64,000 nucleotides of DNA, from the NCBI GenBank assembly GCA_963700635.1, contig CAVOYH010000003.1, forward strand, positions 1,760,001-1,824,000. The letters are read 5' to 3'. Each line of letters opens with the position of its first letter. Position 1 is the first letter of the stretch. The stretch is from an uncultured Bacteroidota bacterium. Lineage in GTDB: Bacteria > Bacteroidota > Ignavibacteria > UBA10030 > UBA6906. Under the pieces are notes generated by a model. The model did not search any database. It was not told the origin of the DNA and saw only the letters and a program-made list of their open reading frames with translations. Shown in pieces: positions 38,795-47,550 of the stretch. Both the position numbers and the translations under genes were made by a program.

Positions 38795-41291
38795 ATGAAA
38801 CGTCATAGTAATCGTGCACTTGGGCTGATCGTTGTGCTGCTTGCGGTCTGTCCGGTGCTTGTCCTTGCGCAGACTGCACCCGCCACCAGTGTGAACGGCT
38901 ACCCGGGTGCAGGCGCGTTGCAGGCCGGAGACCTCTGGGAATCCTTCCTGCCGCAGGCCTTCGGCCCATACTACGGTGAGGGCGGAACAGCGGCAACAGA
39001 GGGCCTTCGCCAATTCATCCGCATGGGGAACTTCGACCGTGGCTGGACCACACCCAACGGCCACTGGCCCAGGGCATTCCCCTGGACGATGTACTGGTCG
39101 CACTACATGGTGGCAATGGCCTACGACCCTGACACCACATTCAATCCGACCAAGAAAGGCGTTGCGGCGCCGGCCACAGGAAACTGGGGTCAGGTAACGT
39201 ACAAATCCACGCTCCCCGGAGCATCGGATCCGGCACGCTACTACAGCCGCGACCCGTATTTTGTGGACTCGCGCCGCCAGCATGTCGTCTATGAAGCAGG
39301 CTGGCCGACCAACATCGGCTGCGACGTGAAGATGCGCGCCCATGCCTGGGGGGGCCCGAACTGGGGCCACTTCAACGATTTCGTGATCGTTGAAATTGAG
39401 TTCAAGAATACCGGCAACCTTGATATGAACCTGGACGGCACCATCGACAAGTCCGGCAACAACATCAAGGCGCTTGCCATGAACATGGCCGGCGAAATCT
39501 TTATGTCCATCAGCAGCTACAATGGAGGTGGCCGGAATGTCAATTCCATCTCCACAGGGTTCACCCGCATGGGTGGCATGATCATGGACCCCGATCCTGA
39601 TGGGAACCCCTGGGCATTCAGCGCCTACTTTCCAGGCACGAAGAATCAGACCCCAGCGGCCGGCGAATTCAACATGGGGTTTAATGCCCCGACACTCGGC
39701 CAGTACACGGACACCTGGAACGGCTGGGTATGGCTCGGCATCAAAGACGGCGGCCTGCCTGCAACACCGGACGTATCGACCAGCACCCTGCCCACGAAGA
39801 ACACCATCTTCGGGACAGACCCGGTCGGTGTCGGCACGCAGCGCGGCTGGTACGTCTCCGCGGGCTCGGGCGGCGGTCTTGGCCAGAGCTTCAGCAACCC
39901 GAAACAGATGTTCCGCATCAGCACGGGCGTCTTCCACAAGGACGGCGGACGTTCACGCAGCATCGCCGGTCTTGATGATTCACCGAACCCCGATTTCTTC
40001 GCCTCCGGGACCCCCGGCGACGTGACGACGTGGGTGGCGAAAGCTACCCCCGCGCAGCCGAGCGGTGACCAGAAGGGGACCGGATTCACCGCGGGTCCGT
40101 GGGAAGATGGTAAGGCCGATGCGACCACCAACTATCCGACAGGATGGGGCAAGTGGTCACAGGGGTATGTGTTCAATCACGACTTCAACGGCGACAACAA
40201 CAGTGGTGTCGGGCCGGTCGCCATCAACAACGGCTCGTCCGTGACATTCGTGATCGCGCTCGTCGGCGGGTACCGTCTGGAAGGGATCCAGAAGGCAGTC
40301 CGCGCGGCGCGCTATACGTACGCCAACAACTTTGTCGTACCGGTGCTTCCTGCGGTCCCGGAAATGAAAGTCACGAATACTCTGACCAAGTCCGTCGCTG
40401 TCGAATGGAATAACGCTGCCGAAGCGGATGCCGAGTTCCAGGGCTACAAAATCTGGAAGGCAAGCCAGTTCAAGAAATTCAAGTGGCTTGAGAATGGTAT
40501 CCGTCTGGCTGACCGGTATCAGGAGCAAATGACGCCAGGCGGAGACATGACGTCCTACAAGAAACCGGTCAACCCGAAGTTCGATGCATTTGCAGAAGTG
40601 AACAGCGGTTCCCTGAAGGGTGAGTATCAGCCCGACACATGGGGAACGTGGGAACTTGTCGCTGTGATTCCGAAGGCACAACTCGCGCAGTACGCAGGTG
40701 CGACGCCGGGTTACAACTACACGTATGAGGACAAAGACGTTGTGCTCGGGTTCTCGTACTGGTACTATGTGTCCGCGTACAAGGAAGGCACATACACCGG
40801 TCCGGGCGGCGAAACCACAAACCGGATTGAGACGACCGGGCTCAACATGAACGGAGCCGACGGTCTCTGGCACAAAACATTCCCGTTTGCGTATGTGAAC
40901 TGCCAACTTCCCGAAAGACGTGGCGGGCAAGAAAGCGATCGGCAATGTGCAGGTGGTGTATTCAGCCCTTGCACCGGCGGGCGACGTCGCAAATGTCGGT
41001 GTGCGGCCGAATCCGTATAAGCGCGCAGCGCTGCACGACAATTATTCCAACGTGTATGACCACAAGCTTCTGTTCTACAATCTGCCGCCGGACTGCAAAG
41101 TCACAATCCTGGATGTCTCCGGCCAGATTATCGATCAGATCAACTTCAGCTCCAGCGACCCGAACCTGGGGAGCGTTTTCTGGGATATGTTCTCGAAGGA
41201 CGGCATCGAAGTGGCGAGCGGTCTGTATGTCTATGTCGTCGAATCGCCGACAGGTGGCAAAAAGACCGGCTACTTCTCCATTCTCCGATAA
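38795..41291 (+). CDS. Large secreted TonB-receptor partner with T9SS/FlgD-Ig-like C-terminal domain; split by an apparent +1 frameshift at about 40901 (about 831 aa if joined)
   Basis: ORF 38795-41020 has a signal peptide and FN3-like FQGYKIWK / YWYYVSAY segments. ORF 40920-41291 carries VRPNPY...FYNLPPDCKVTILDVSGQII...WDMFSKDGIEVASGLYVYVVE. Removing one base gives continuous FPFAYVN-ANFPKDVAGKKAIG. Confidence 0.75.
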
Positions 41292-41318
41292 AGTCTCACT
41301 TAACACAGAGGACACGAA

Positions 41319-42344
41319 ATGAAACGTATAACCGTTCTTCTGGCGCTCCTGCTGGCGGTGAGTCTCCTTGTCGCGGAGACGGCGAGCGCTCAGAACCGGA
41401 AGGCAGGCCTTAATGCCGCCTCCTTCCTGAAAATTGGCGTCGGCGCACGGCAGGTGGGTCTCGGGTCTGCAGTGACCTCACTGTCGGGCGACGTCACCAA
41501 CATGTACTGGAACCCGGCAGGCATTGCGCTCAACGGAGACCAGAACCTTCAGGCGTCGTTTACCTATAACAAGTGGTTTGCCGATCTGAAACAGAATGCC
41601 TTCGCTGCCTCCTATCGGTTCGAAGACATCGGAACCATCGCGATCGGCGTCATGACGTTCGGTCTGTCAGGGATCAAAGCGGACCGGGATGTGTATCCCG
41701 GAAATGCCGCCCTGCAGGCTCTACAGATCGATCAAATGACGACGGATACCTACGACTACATGGACATTCTGGCAACGATCTCCTACGCACGGTACGTCAC
41801 GGACCGGTTGGCCCTTGGCGTGTCTGCAAAGTACATCAGCGAGAAGATCGATGATCAGACTGCCACCGGCGTTGCGTTCGATGTCGGCTCCGTCTATCAT
41901 ATCGGCGTGCTCGGCTGGAGCATCGGCGCCCGCATCAGCAATCTGGGAAGCGACATCAAGTTCTACGAATACGCCTCCCCGATTCCGTTGACGTTCAGCA
42001 TCGGGACTTCGATGACGCCGTATGCAGACGACATGGGCAAACTGCTCATCTCCGTGGACGCGGTGAAACCGCAGGACGGCCTCCAGTATTATTTTGCCGG
42101 CGGCGAGTTCACGTTCATGGATATGGTGTCGGTCCGCGGCGGCTACAAATTCAACTACTCCGGCGTGGATGATGGCGGTAACAGCTTTGCTGATGCCATC
42201 AACACAAGCGTCGAGGGGTTCACTCTCGGTGCGGGCTTCAAGACGAAGTTCAGCGATTACGGTATCGGCGTGGACTATGCCTTTACCAAGATGGACCTCG
42301 TTGACGCAGTCCACCGCGTCACGCTGTCGTTCAACATGAAATAA
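41319..42344 (+). CDS. PorV/PorQ-family outer-membrane beta-barrel protein (T9SS shuttle paralogue)
   Basis: ASFLKIGVGARQVGLG, MYWNPAG, KYISEKID, AFDVG, ISNLG, VRGGY, VDYAF, HRVTLSF. Confidence 0.85.
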   Translation: MKRITVLLALLLAVSLLVAETASAQNRKAGLNAASFLKIGVGARQVGLGSAVTSLSGDVTNMYWNPAGIALNGDQNLQASFTYNKWFADLKQNAFAASYRFEDIGTIAIGVMTFGLSGIKADRDVYPGNAALQALQIDQMTTDTYDYMDILATISYARYVTDRLALGVSAKYISEKIDDQTATGVAFDVGSVYHIGVLGWSIGARISNLGSDIKFYEYASPIPLTFSIGTSMTPYADDMGKLLISVDAVKPQDGLQYYFAGGEFTFMDMVSVRGGYKFNYSGVDDGGNSFADAINTSVEGFTLGAGFKTKFSDYGIGVDYAFTKMDLVDAVHRVTLSFNMK

Positions 42345-42406
42345 CCACTCGTCGCAAAATGGACATGACGATGGTAGTGCTCTAACGTACCCCTGAAAAC
42401 AGGGCT

Positions 42407-42455
42407 GGGGTAGTCTCCAGGTGCAACAGCCGTAGGGGACTACCCCTTTTCTTTT
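42407..42455 (+). terminator. Intrinsic terminator after the PorV-like gene
   Basis: GGGGTAGTCTCC (42407-18) pairs with GGGGACTACCCC (42435-46), followed by TTTTCTTTT; the loop is long (16 nt). Confidence 0.7.
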
Positions 42456-42465
42456 GAAAGAGATG

Positions 42466-42495
42466 ATTATGAATTGGCAATTGTCAGTTCATAAT
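42466..42495. repeat. AT-rich 30-bp inverted repeat (hairpin or operator)
   Basis: ATTATGAATTGGCAA|TTGTCAGTTCATAAT; 13-bp stem whose two non-Watson-Crick pairs are both G-U on the + strand. Confidence 0.7.
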
Positions 42496-42526
42496 TCGCA
42501 CTTGTCTGGATATCGCGGGAGCCGGA

Positions 42527-43555
42527 ATGCCTTTTCCTCTTCTTCCAACCACCGTCATCGGCAGCTACTCATTCCCGTCCTGGCTCGACCGAGTCCGCAC
42601 CCTTGGCAGGGAAGGCGTACTTTCCCCCGCCGAGGTGCAGGGTGCCCATGACGCCGCGGTCTGCTCGGCCATCCTCGACCAGGAGGTTGCGGGCGTGGAT
42701 ATCATCACCGACGGTGAGCTGCGCCGCGAGACGATGGTGAATTTTTTCTCCATGCGCATCCATGGCTTCGACATGGCAGGGAAGATGAAAGCCATCGGCA
42801 ACCTGGATCCCTCCATCCAGATGCTGGATCCAGTTGTCCGGGAAAAAGTCCGGCGCAAGGACGGCCTGGGCATGGACGAGCACTACCGGTTTCTGAAGGC
42901 CAACGCGCGTCATGCCACAAAGGTCTGTGTGACCGGGCCCCAGATGCTCGCCAAGCGTGCCACCAACGAGTTCTATCCGTCTGACAAGGAGTTGATCTTC
43001 GACCTGAGCGACATTCTCAATGTGGAGCTCAAAGGCCTTGTGGCGGCAGGATGCAAGTTCATCCAGATCGACGAACCGGTGTGGGTGGGGTATCCGCAGG
43101 ACATGCCCTGGCTCGTTGAGTCGTTCAACCGGCTCGTGGCAGGCGTCGATGCAACAATCACCCTCCATGTCTGCTACGGCAACTACCAGTTGAAGAAGCT
43201 GTTCACGGGGCAGTATGCGGAACTCTTCCCGGAAATCCTGAATACGCATGCGCACCAGATCAGTCTCGAGTTCGCCGTTTCAGATGGCGTCGGCCTGGAA
43301 TTGTTTACGCAGTACGCAACCGACAAAGAAGTTGTTGTCGGCGTGATCGATGTCAAAGATGAGTCTGTCGAAACCTCGGACATCGTTGCCCGCCGTATCC
43401 GTCAGGCGCTCAAACACATTCGTGCGGAGAAGATGATCGTCAGTCCGGACTGCGGCATGAAGTTCATGCCACGCGACCGTGCTTTTGGAAAACTGAAAGC
43501 CCTGGTCGAAGGAACTCGAATCGTCCGTGCCGAACTCACGGGCACGAAATCATAA
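42527..43555 (+). CDS. Cobalamin-independent methionine synthase catalytic-domain (MetE core/CIMS-like) protein
   Basis: PTTVIGSY, QEVAGVDIITDGELRR, IQIDEP, Zn ligands HVC, E and PDCG; 342 aa with no N-terminal MetE barrel. Confidence 0.88.
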   Translation: MPFPLLPTTVIGSYSFPSWLDRVRTLGREGVLSPAEVQGAHDAAVCSAILDQEVAGVDIITDGELRRETMVNFFSMRIHGFDMAGKMKAIGNLDPSIQMLDPVVREKVRRKDGLGMDEHYRFLKANARHATKVCVTGPQMLAKRATNEFYPSDKELIFDLSDILNVELKGLVAAGCKFIQIDEPVWVGYPQDMPWLVESFNRLVAGVDATITLHVCYGNYQLKKLFTGQYAELFPEILNTHAHQISLEFAVSDGVGLELFTQYATDKEVVVGVIDVKDESVETSDIVARRIRQALKHIRAEKMIVSPDCGMKFMPRDRAFGKLKALVEGTRIVRAELTGTKS

Positions 43556-43612
43556 ACCCGTTGTTCTCTGTGGTGACCCAACGTCCCGGGCCCCAGACCC
43601 TGTCGATACCCC

Positions 43613-44458
43613 ATGCTCCTCGGCCTCGACACATACAGCCATCATCACGCGTTCGGACGACGCGGCGGCCATCACCCGGTGCAGGCCATGGATCTGTTTG
43701 CGTTCATGGACAAGGTGGTGGAGTACGGCCTCCGCGGGGTCCAGATCGATCCTCTTCATCTGCCCCAGGGGGACGACGAGTACCTCGATGTGCTCCGTGA
43801 CGAAGCCGGTGAGCGAAACCTCTTCCTTGGCTACGGCATTGAAGGCGTTGCGCCGGAATCGGTCCTCGAAGGGATCCGGGTCAGCCGGAAGATCAAAAGC
43901 CGCACATTGAGGGCGACGATCGGGTTCGTGCGGTTTGCGCAGGGAACAGACCTTCGCGCGAACATCGTGAAGACGGAACAGCATATCAGGGCCAGCGTCC
44001 ATGCATTGGAAGATGCGGACGTCCGGCTTGCACTCTGCAGCCACGCGGCCCTGCGCAGTGACGAGCTCGTCTCCCTTGTGGAGACCATTGGCAGTACGCA
44101 CGTCGGCATCTGCCTGGATCTGGGGAGCAGTCTCTGCATACTCGAAGACACGATCGATGCCGCGAAGCGTCTCGTCCCGTTTGCGGTTACGGCACAGATC
44201 AGGGACTACAGTATCGTACCGAACGCCAGCGGCTGCACCATCGAGGGCGCACCTCTCGGGCAGGGAGTGCTTCCGCTTCCGGAGCTGTACCGTATCTTCG
44301 TGGAAGAGGGGACCGTTGAACGCCTGATCCTGGAAGTCCCCATCGATGCCGGCCGTGGAGAGAAACATGCAGTCGAGCACGAGGAGGCTGCCATCAGGTC
44401 AAGCGTCGACTATTGCCGTACGGTCCTCGGCGTAGGCGCTTCGGAGCCCGGATGGTGA
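43613..44458 (+). CDS. Xylose isomerase-like TIM barrel protein with altered metal ligands
   Basis: GLRGVQID, VGICLDLG, PLGQGVLPL, ILE; the usual ENH/DxGN/HxKD appear as CSH/DLGS/QIRD. Confidence 0.75.
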   Translation: MLLGLDTYSHHHAFGRRGGHHPVQAMDLFAFMDKVVEYGLRGVQIDPLHLPQGDDEYLDVLRDEAGERNLFLGYGIEGVAPESVLEGIRVSRKIKSRTLRATIGFVRFAQGTDLRANIVKTEQHIRASVHALEDADVRLALCSHAALRSDELVSLVETIGSTHVGICLDLGSSLCILEDTIDAAKRLVPFAVTAQIRDYSIVPNASGCTIEGAPLGQGVLPLPELYRIFVEEGTVERLILEVPIDAGRGEKHAVEHEEAAIRSSVDYCRTVLGVGASEPGW

Positions 44459-46659
44459 CGAGCATGGGCGAAACGGTGCAGGAAGCTCTGCAGTTGACGC
44501 AGGCGGTCGCCGTCACTCCCCATGGTCATGAGGTTGAGCGGACCGTCGCGCGCGCCTGGTGCGAACTTGCCGGACGTGCGATCCCCATCGTCAACGCCGG
44601 AGTCCCGGCGAAGCCGGGCGACCGTACGTTTCGCATTGCCACAGGACCGGGGGATGCTCAACCACCGGCCATGTCGTTCCGGCTCGACGCCGACGGAACC
44701 GGAGAGTTGCACGCGAGCCATCCCCACTGGCTGTATCACGCCTTCAGCACCGTGCGTGCGGATCTCCCTGATCTGACTCTCGCACAGACCGCAGCCGGCC
44801 GCACGTATACCCCCGCCTTTCCATGGATGCGCAACCTCAGCGATTTTCTGGTCGGCAGCCTCCGGACGGCACGAGGGTTCGATCCGCATGCGTATGTCGA
44901 ACAGGTCGCGGGCCAGGGATTCACGCATATCACCGTCAACGCCCTCGGCGTTCCCCGCCCCTTCGAATCCGGTCCGCCGGGTGATGTCTATTCCTGGTTT
45001 TATGACTACAGCCCCGACCTCGACCAGTTTGTCGACAGCGAATTACTGCGTGGATACTATCCGCCGGACTATCTGAGTGCGAACCTGCGGGCCCTGAAAG
45101 AACGGGCTGCGCAGGCACGACGGTACGGACTCGTGCCGGGACTCCATGTCAACTCCCCCCGCTCTATGCCGGAAGACTTCTGGAACACATACGGATTCCT
45201 GCGGGGTGCACGTGTCGATCATCCACGGGAGACCTTCCGGCCCCGCTATACGCTGGCCATGGCACACCCGCGAGTTCAGGAACACTACCGCGTCCTTGTC
45301 CAGAAGATCATGGAGGAAGTCCCCGACCTGGGGTTCATGCATGTCTGGACCAACGACAGCGGGTCGGGGTTCGAATTCGTGTCATCCCTCTACGCCGGCC
45401 GGAACGGCGGGCCGTACCTTCTCCGCGAGTGGAAAGGTCACGATGAAATTGCCCGGAAAGCGGCCGCCAACGTTCTGACGTATTATCGCCTTCTCCGCGA
45501 CGAAGCGCGACGGGTGAATCCCCGGTTCCGTGTGATCTGCGATCTCGGCCCCTTCTATGACGAACGCCGCTATATCGTGCCGGCCCTGGGCGATGGCATC
45601 GACGCGGGGAGCTTCGCCTTTTTCTCCGACCCTGGCGATGGTTCCTCCCGTGAGCCGGCGCTTCCCCCCGGAACTATGGTCCACCGCAAACTCGTTATCT
45701 GCGACAATAACCTCCCCGGGATGCCCTTCCCCGGGCTCGTCTATGAACGGCTCATGGAGGCGCGGCGGGAGGGAAGCGAAGCCGTTCTCTGCGGAACAAC
45801 GCCACACTCGGTTGCCCCCTTTGACGTAAATGGGGAGGTCGTGCGTTCTCTCCAGTCGTCACCGGAGAAGCCGCTCGGGCAGATTCTGGCGGCGACGGCA
45901 GAACGCTGGGCAGGGACCGCCCATGCACAACTCCTTGTGACTCTCTGGATGGGTGCCGACGAAGCAGTACGGAACTTCCCGGCCGATGTGCCTATGAGCA
46001 CGTTCGGATTCCCATGGTTCCGACTCTGGGTGCGGCCGTTCGTCCCCGATATCGATGCGGTATCCCCCGTCGAGCGGCGCTACTATGAGGATTTCCTGCT
46101 CGCGACCTTCAACAATCCTGCAAGGGTTGACCTCAACAACGACATGATGTGGGATTTCCTGAGCGTGAGTCAGGCCGGCGAGCGAAAGGAAATCATCGAT
46201 CGAAAAGTTCTGCCCCCTCTTGACCGGGCCCTCGATCGCCTGGCAAGGGCGCTGGCGACGCTCGGAGAGCACGAGCCTGCAGTAAAGGTGCTTGCTGATC
46301 TGCATGACCGCCTTCTGGCGGCACGATGCTATTTCACGACCATGCGGAACACGATGGCCTGGACGGAATCCGTCCACGGGTATATCGAAGCGACGACGCA
46401 GAGCGAACGTGAACGGTATCGCGGCATGTGTTGCGCGATGGTGGAGAACGAGCTCGGCAATACGCACCGCCTGCTGACGCTCTGGAATGAAACCGATGTG
46501 GACATCATACCTCTCTCTGCCGTTTCCGAATCGCTGCATATCTACGGGGAGAACTTCGGACGGCTTCTCGCACGGAAGATCGCGCTCATGGAGCGCCATC
46601 GGGAAGACCAGCCACGGATAGATCCGGAGTACATGTGGAGGATGAAGGGTGAGCAGTGA
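44452..46659 (+). CDS. Uncharacterised ~735-aa protein, possibly GH-like (GH20/67-type N-domain + TIM barrel + helical tail)
   Basis: Long ORF overlapping the upstream stop; WTNDSGSGF, RGARVDHP, FNNP motifs; no signal peptide; start uncertain (44452 or 44464). Confidence 0.55.
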   Translation: MVTSMGETVQEALQLTQAVAVTPHGHEVERTVARAWCELAGRAIPIVNAGVPAKPGDRTFRIATGPGDAQPPAMSFRLDADGTGELHASHPHWLYHAFSTVRADLPDLTLAQTAAGRTYTPAFPWMRNLSDFLVGSLRTARGFDPHAYVEQVAGQGFTHITVNALGVPRPFESGPPGDVYSWFYDYSPDLDQFVDSELLRGYYPPDYLSANLRALKERAAQARRYGLVPGLHVNSPRSMPEDFWNTYGFLRGARVDHPRETFRPRYTLAMAHPRVQEHYRVLVQKIMEEVPDLGFMHVWTNDSGSGFEFVSSLYAGRNGGPYLLREWKGHDEIARKAAANVLTYYRLLRDEARRVNPRFRVICDLGPFYDERRYIVPALGDGIDAGSFAFFSDPGDGSSREPALPPGTMVHRKLVICDNNLPGMPFPGLVYERLMEARREGSEAVLCGTTPHSVAPFDVNGEVVRSLQSSPEKPLGQILAATAERWAGTAHAQLLVTLWMGADEAVRNFPADVPMSTFGFPWFRLWVRPFVPDIDAVSPVERRYYEDFLLATFNNPARVDLNNDMMWDFLSVSQAGERKEIIDRKVLPPLDRALDRLARALATLGEHEPAVKVLADLHDRLLAARCYFTTMRNTMAWTESVHGYIEATTQSERERYRGMCCAMVENELGNTHRLLTLWNETDVDIIPLSAVSESLHIYGENFGRLLARKIALMERHREDQPRIDPEYMWRMKGEQ

Positions 46660-46743
46660 TGGGAGAAGTGGGAGTGGAGCACCGTGAAGAGTCACATGAG
46701 AAGAGCGGGGGAAGTACCAGGAACGCACATCAAGGAGGGAGTT

Positions 46744-47550
46744 ATGTACGGTGGCCGGTATGAGGTGACAGAAGAGCAGGTGACGTTCTATGAAGAGAAC
46801 GGATACATCCAGCTGCATAACGTGCTCACCGCGGAGGAAGTCGCTGTCCTTCGGGCGGCAGTGGATGTTGCGGTGGAAGACCGGAAACGACTCCAGCAGA
46901 ACTGGGGGCCACGGTCTGACGAAGGGTACGCGAAGGTCTTCCTGCAGATGGTGAATGTGTGGGAGCGCTATCCGGCGATTGAAGAGTACGTGATGAGCCG
47001 GCGCGTCGGTGGTATCGCCCGACAGCTCACACGGGCACCCTTCGTCCGGCTCTGGCACGATCAGGCACTGATCAAATTCCCCAAAGACAGCAAAGCAACC
47101 GCCTGGCATCAGGACAAAGTCTACTGGCCGATGAAGGAGAACGGCGCCCTGTCATGCTGGATGGCCCTGGACGACGTGACGGTGGACAACGGCTGCATGT
47201 CGTTCCTTCCCGGTTCGCACAAGCTGGGTCCGCTCGATCCCATTGATCTGGGCGCGGCGGGCGATGCCGACCTCCTGGAGCTCCTCCCCATCGGCCAGCG
47301 CGAAGGTGTCCGGCCCGCAGTGATGGAAATGAAAGCCGGCAGCTGCACGTTTCATAACGGATTGACGTTTCACTACGCCGGTCCCAACGTAACGGACGGA
47401 CCGAGGCGCGCAATGGTGACCATTTTCATGCCTGCAGGGACCCATTTCGTCACACAAGAACACATCGTGGGGGACAGGGGCAAGCTGACCGAAGGGGAGG
47501 AATTCCACGGTCCCCTCTTTCCTGTCGTGAGCCGGAAGGGCGCGGAATGA
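46744..47550 (+). CDS. PhyH family Fe(II)/2-OG dioxygenase
   Basis: FYEENGY, AWHQDKVYW, DNGCMSFLPGSH, FHNGLTFHYAG, PRRAM; RBS AAGGAGG before ATG 46744. Confidence 0.92.
   Translation: MYGGRYEVTEEQVTFYEENGYIQLHNVLTAEEVAVLRAAVDVAVEDRKRLQQNWGPRSDEGYAKVFLQMVNVWERYPAIEEYVMSRRVGGIARQLTRAPFVRLWHDQALIKFPKDSKATAWHQDKVYWPMKENGALSCWMALDDVTVDNGCMSFLPGSHKLGPLDPIDLGAAGDADLLELLPIGQREGVRPAVMEMKAGSCTFHNGLTFHYAGPNVTDGPRRAMVTIFMPAGTHFVTQEHIVGDRGKLTEGEEFHGPLFPVVSRKGAE

Noticed and set aside
40920-41291. Stand-alone 123-aa gene
   Set aside because: No RBS or signal peptide; better explained as the frameshifted C-terminal domain of the 38795 protein.
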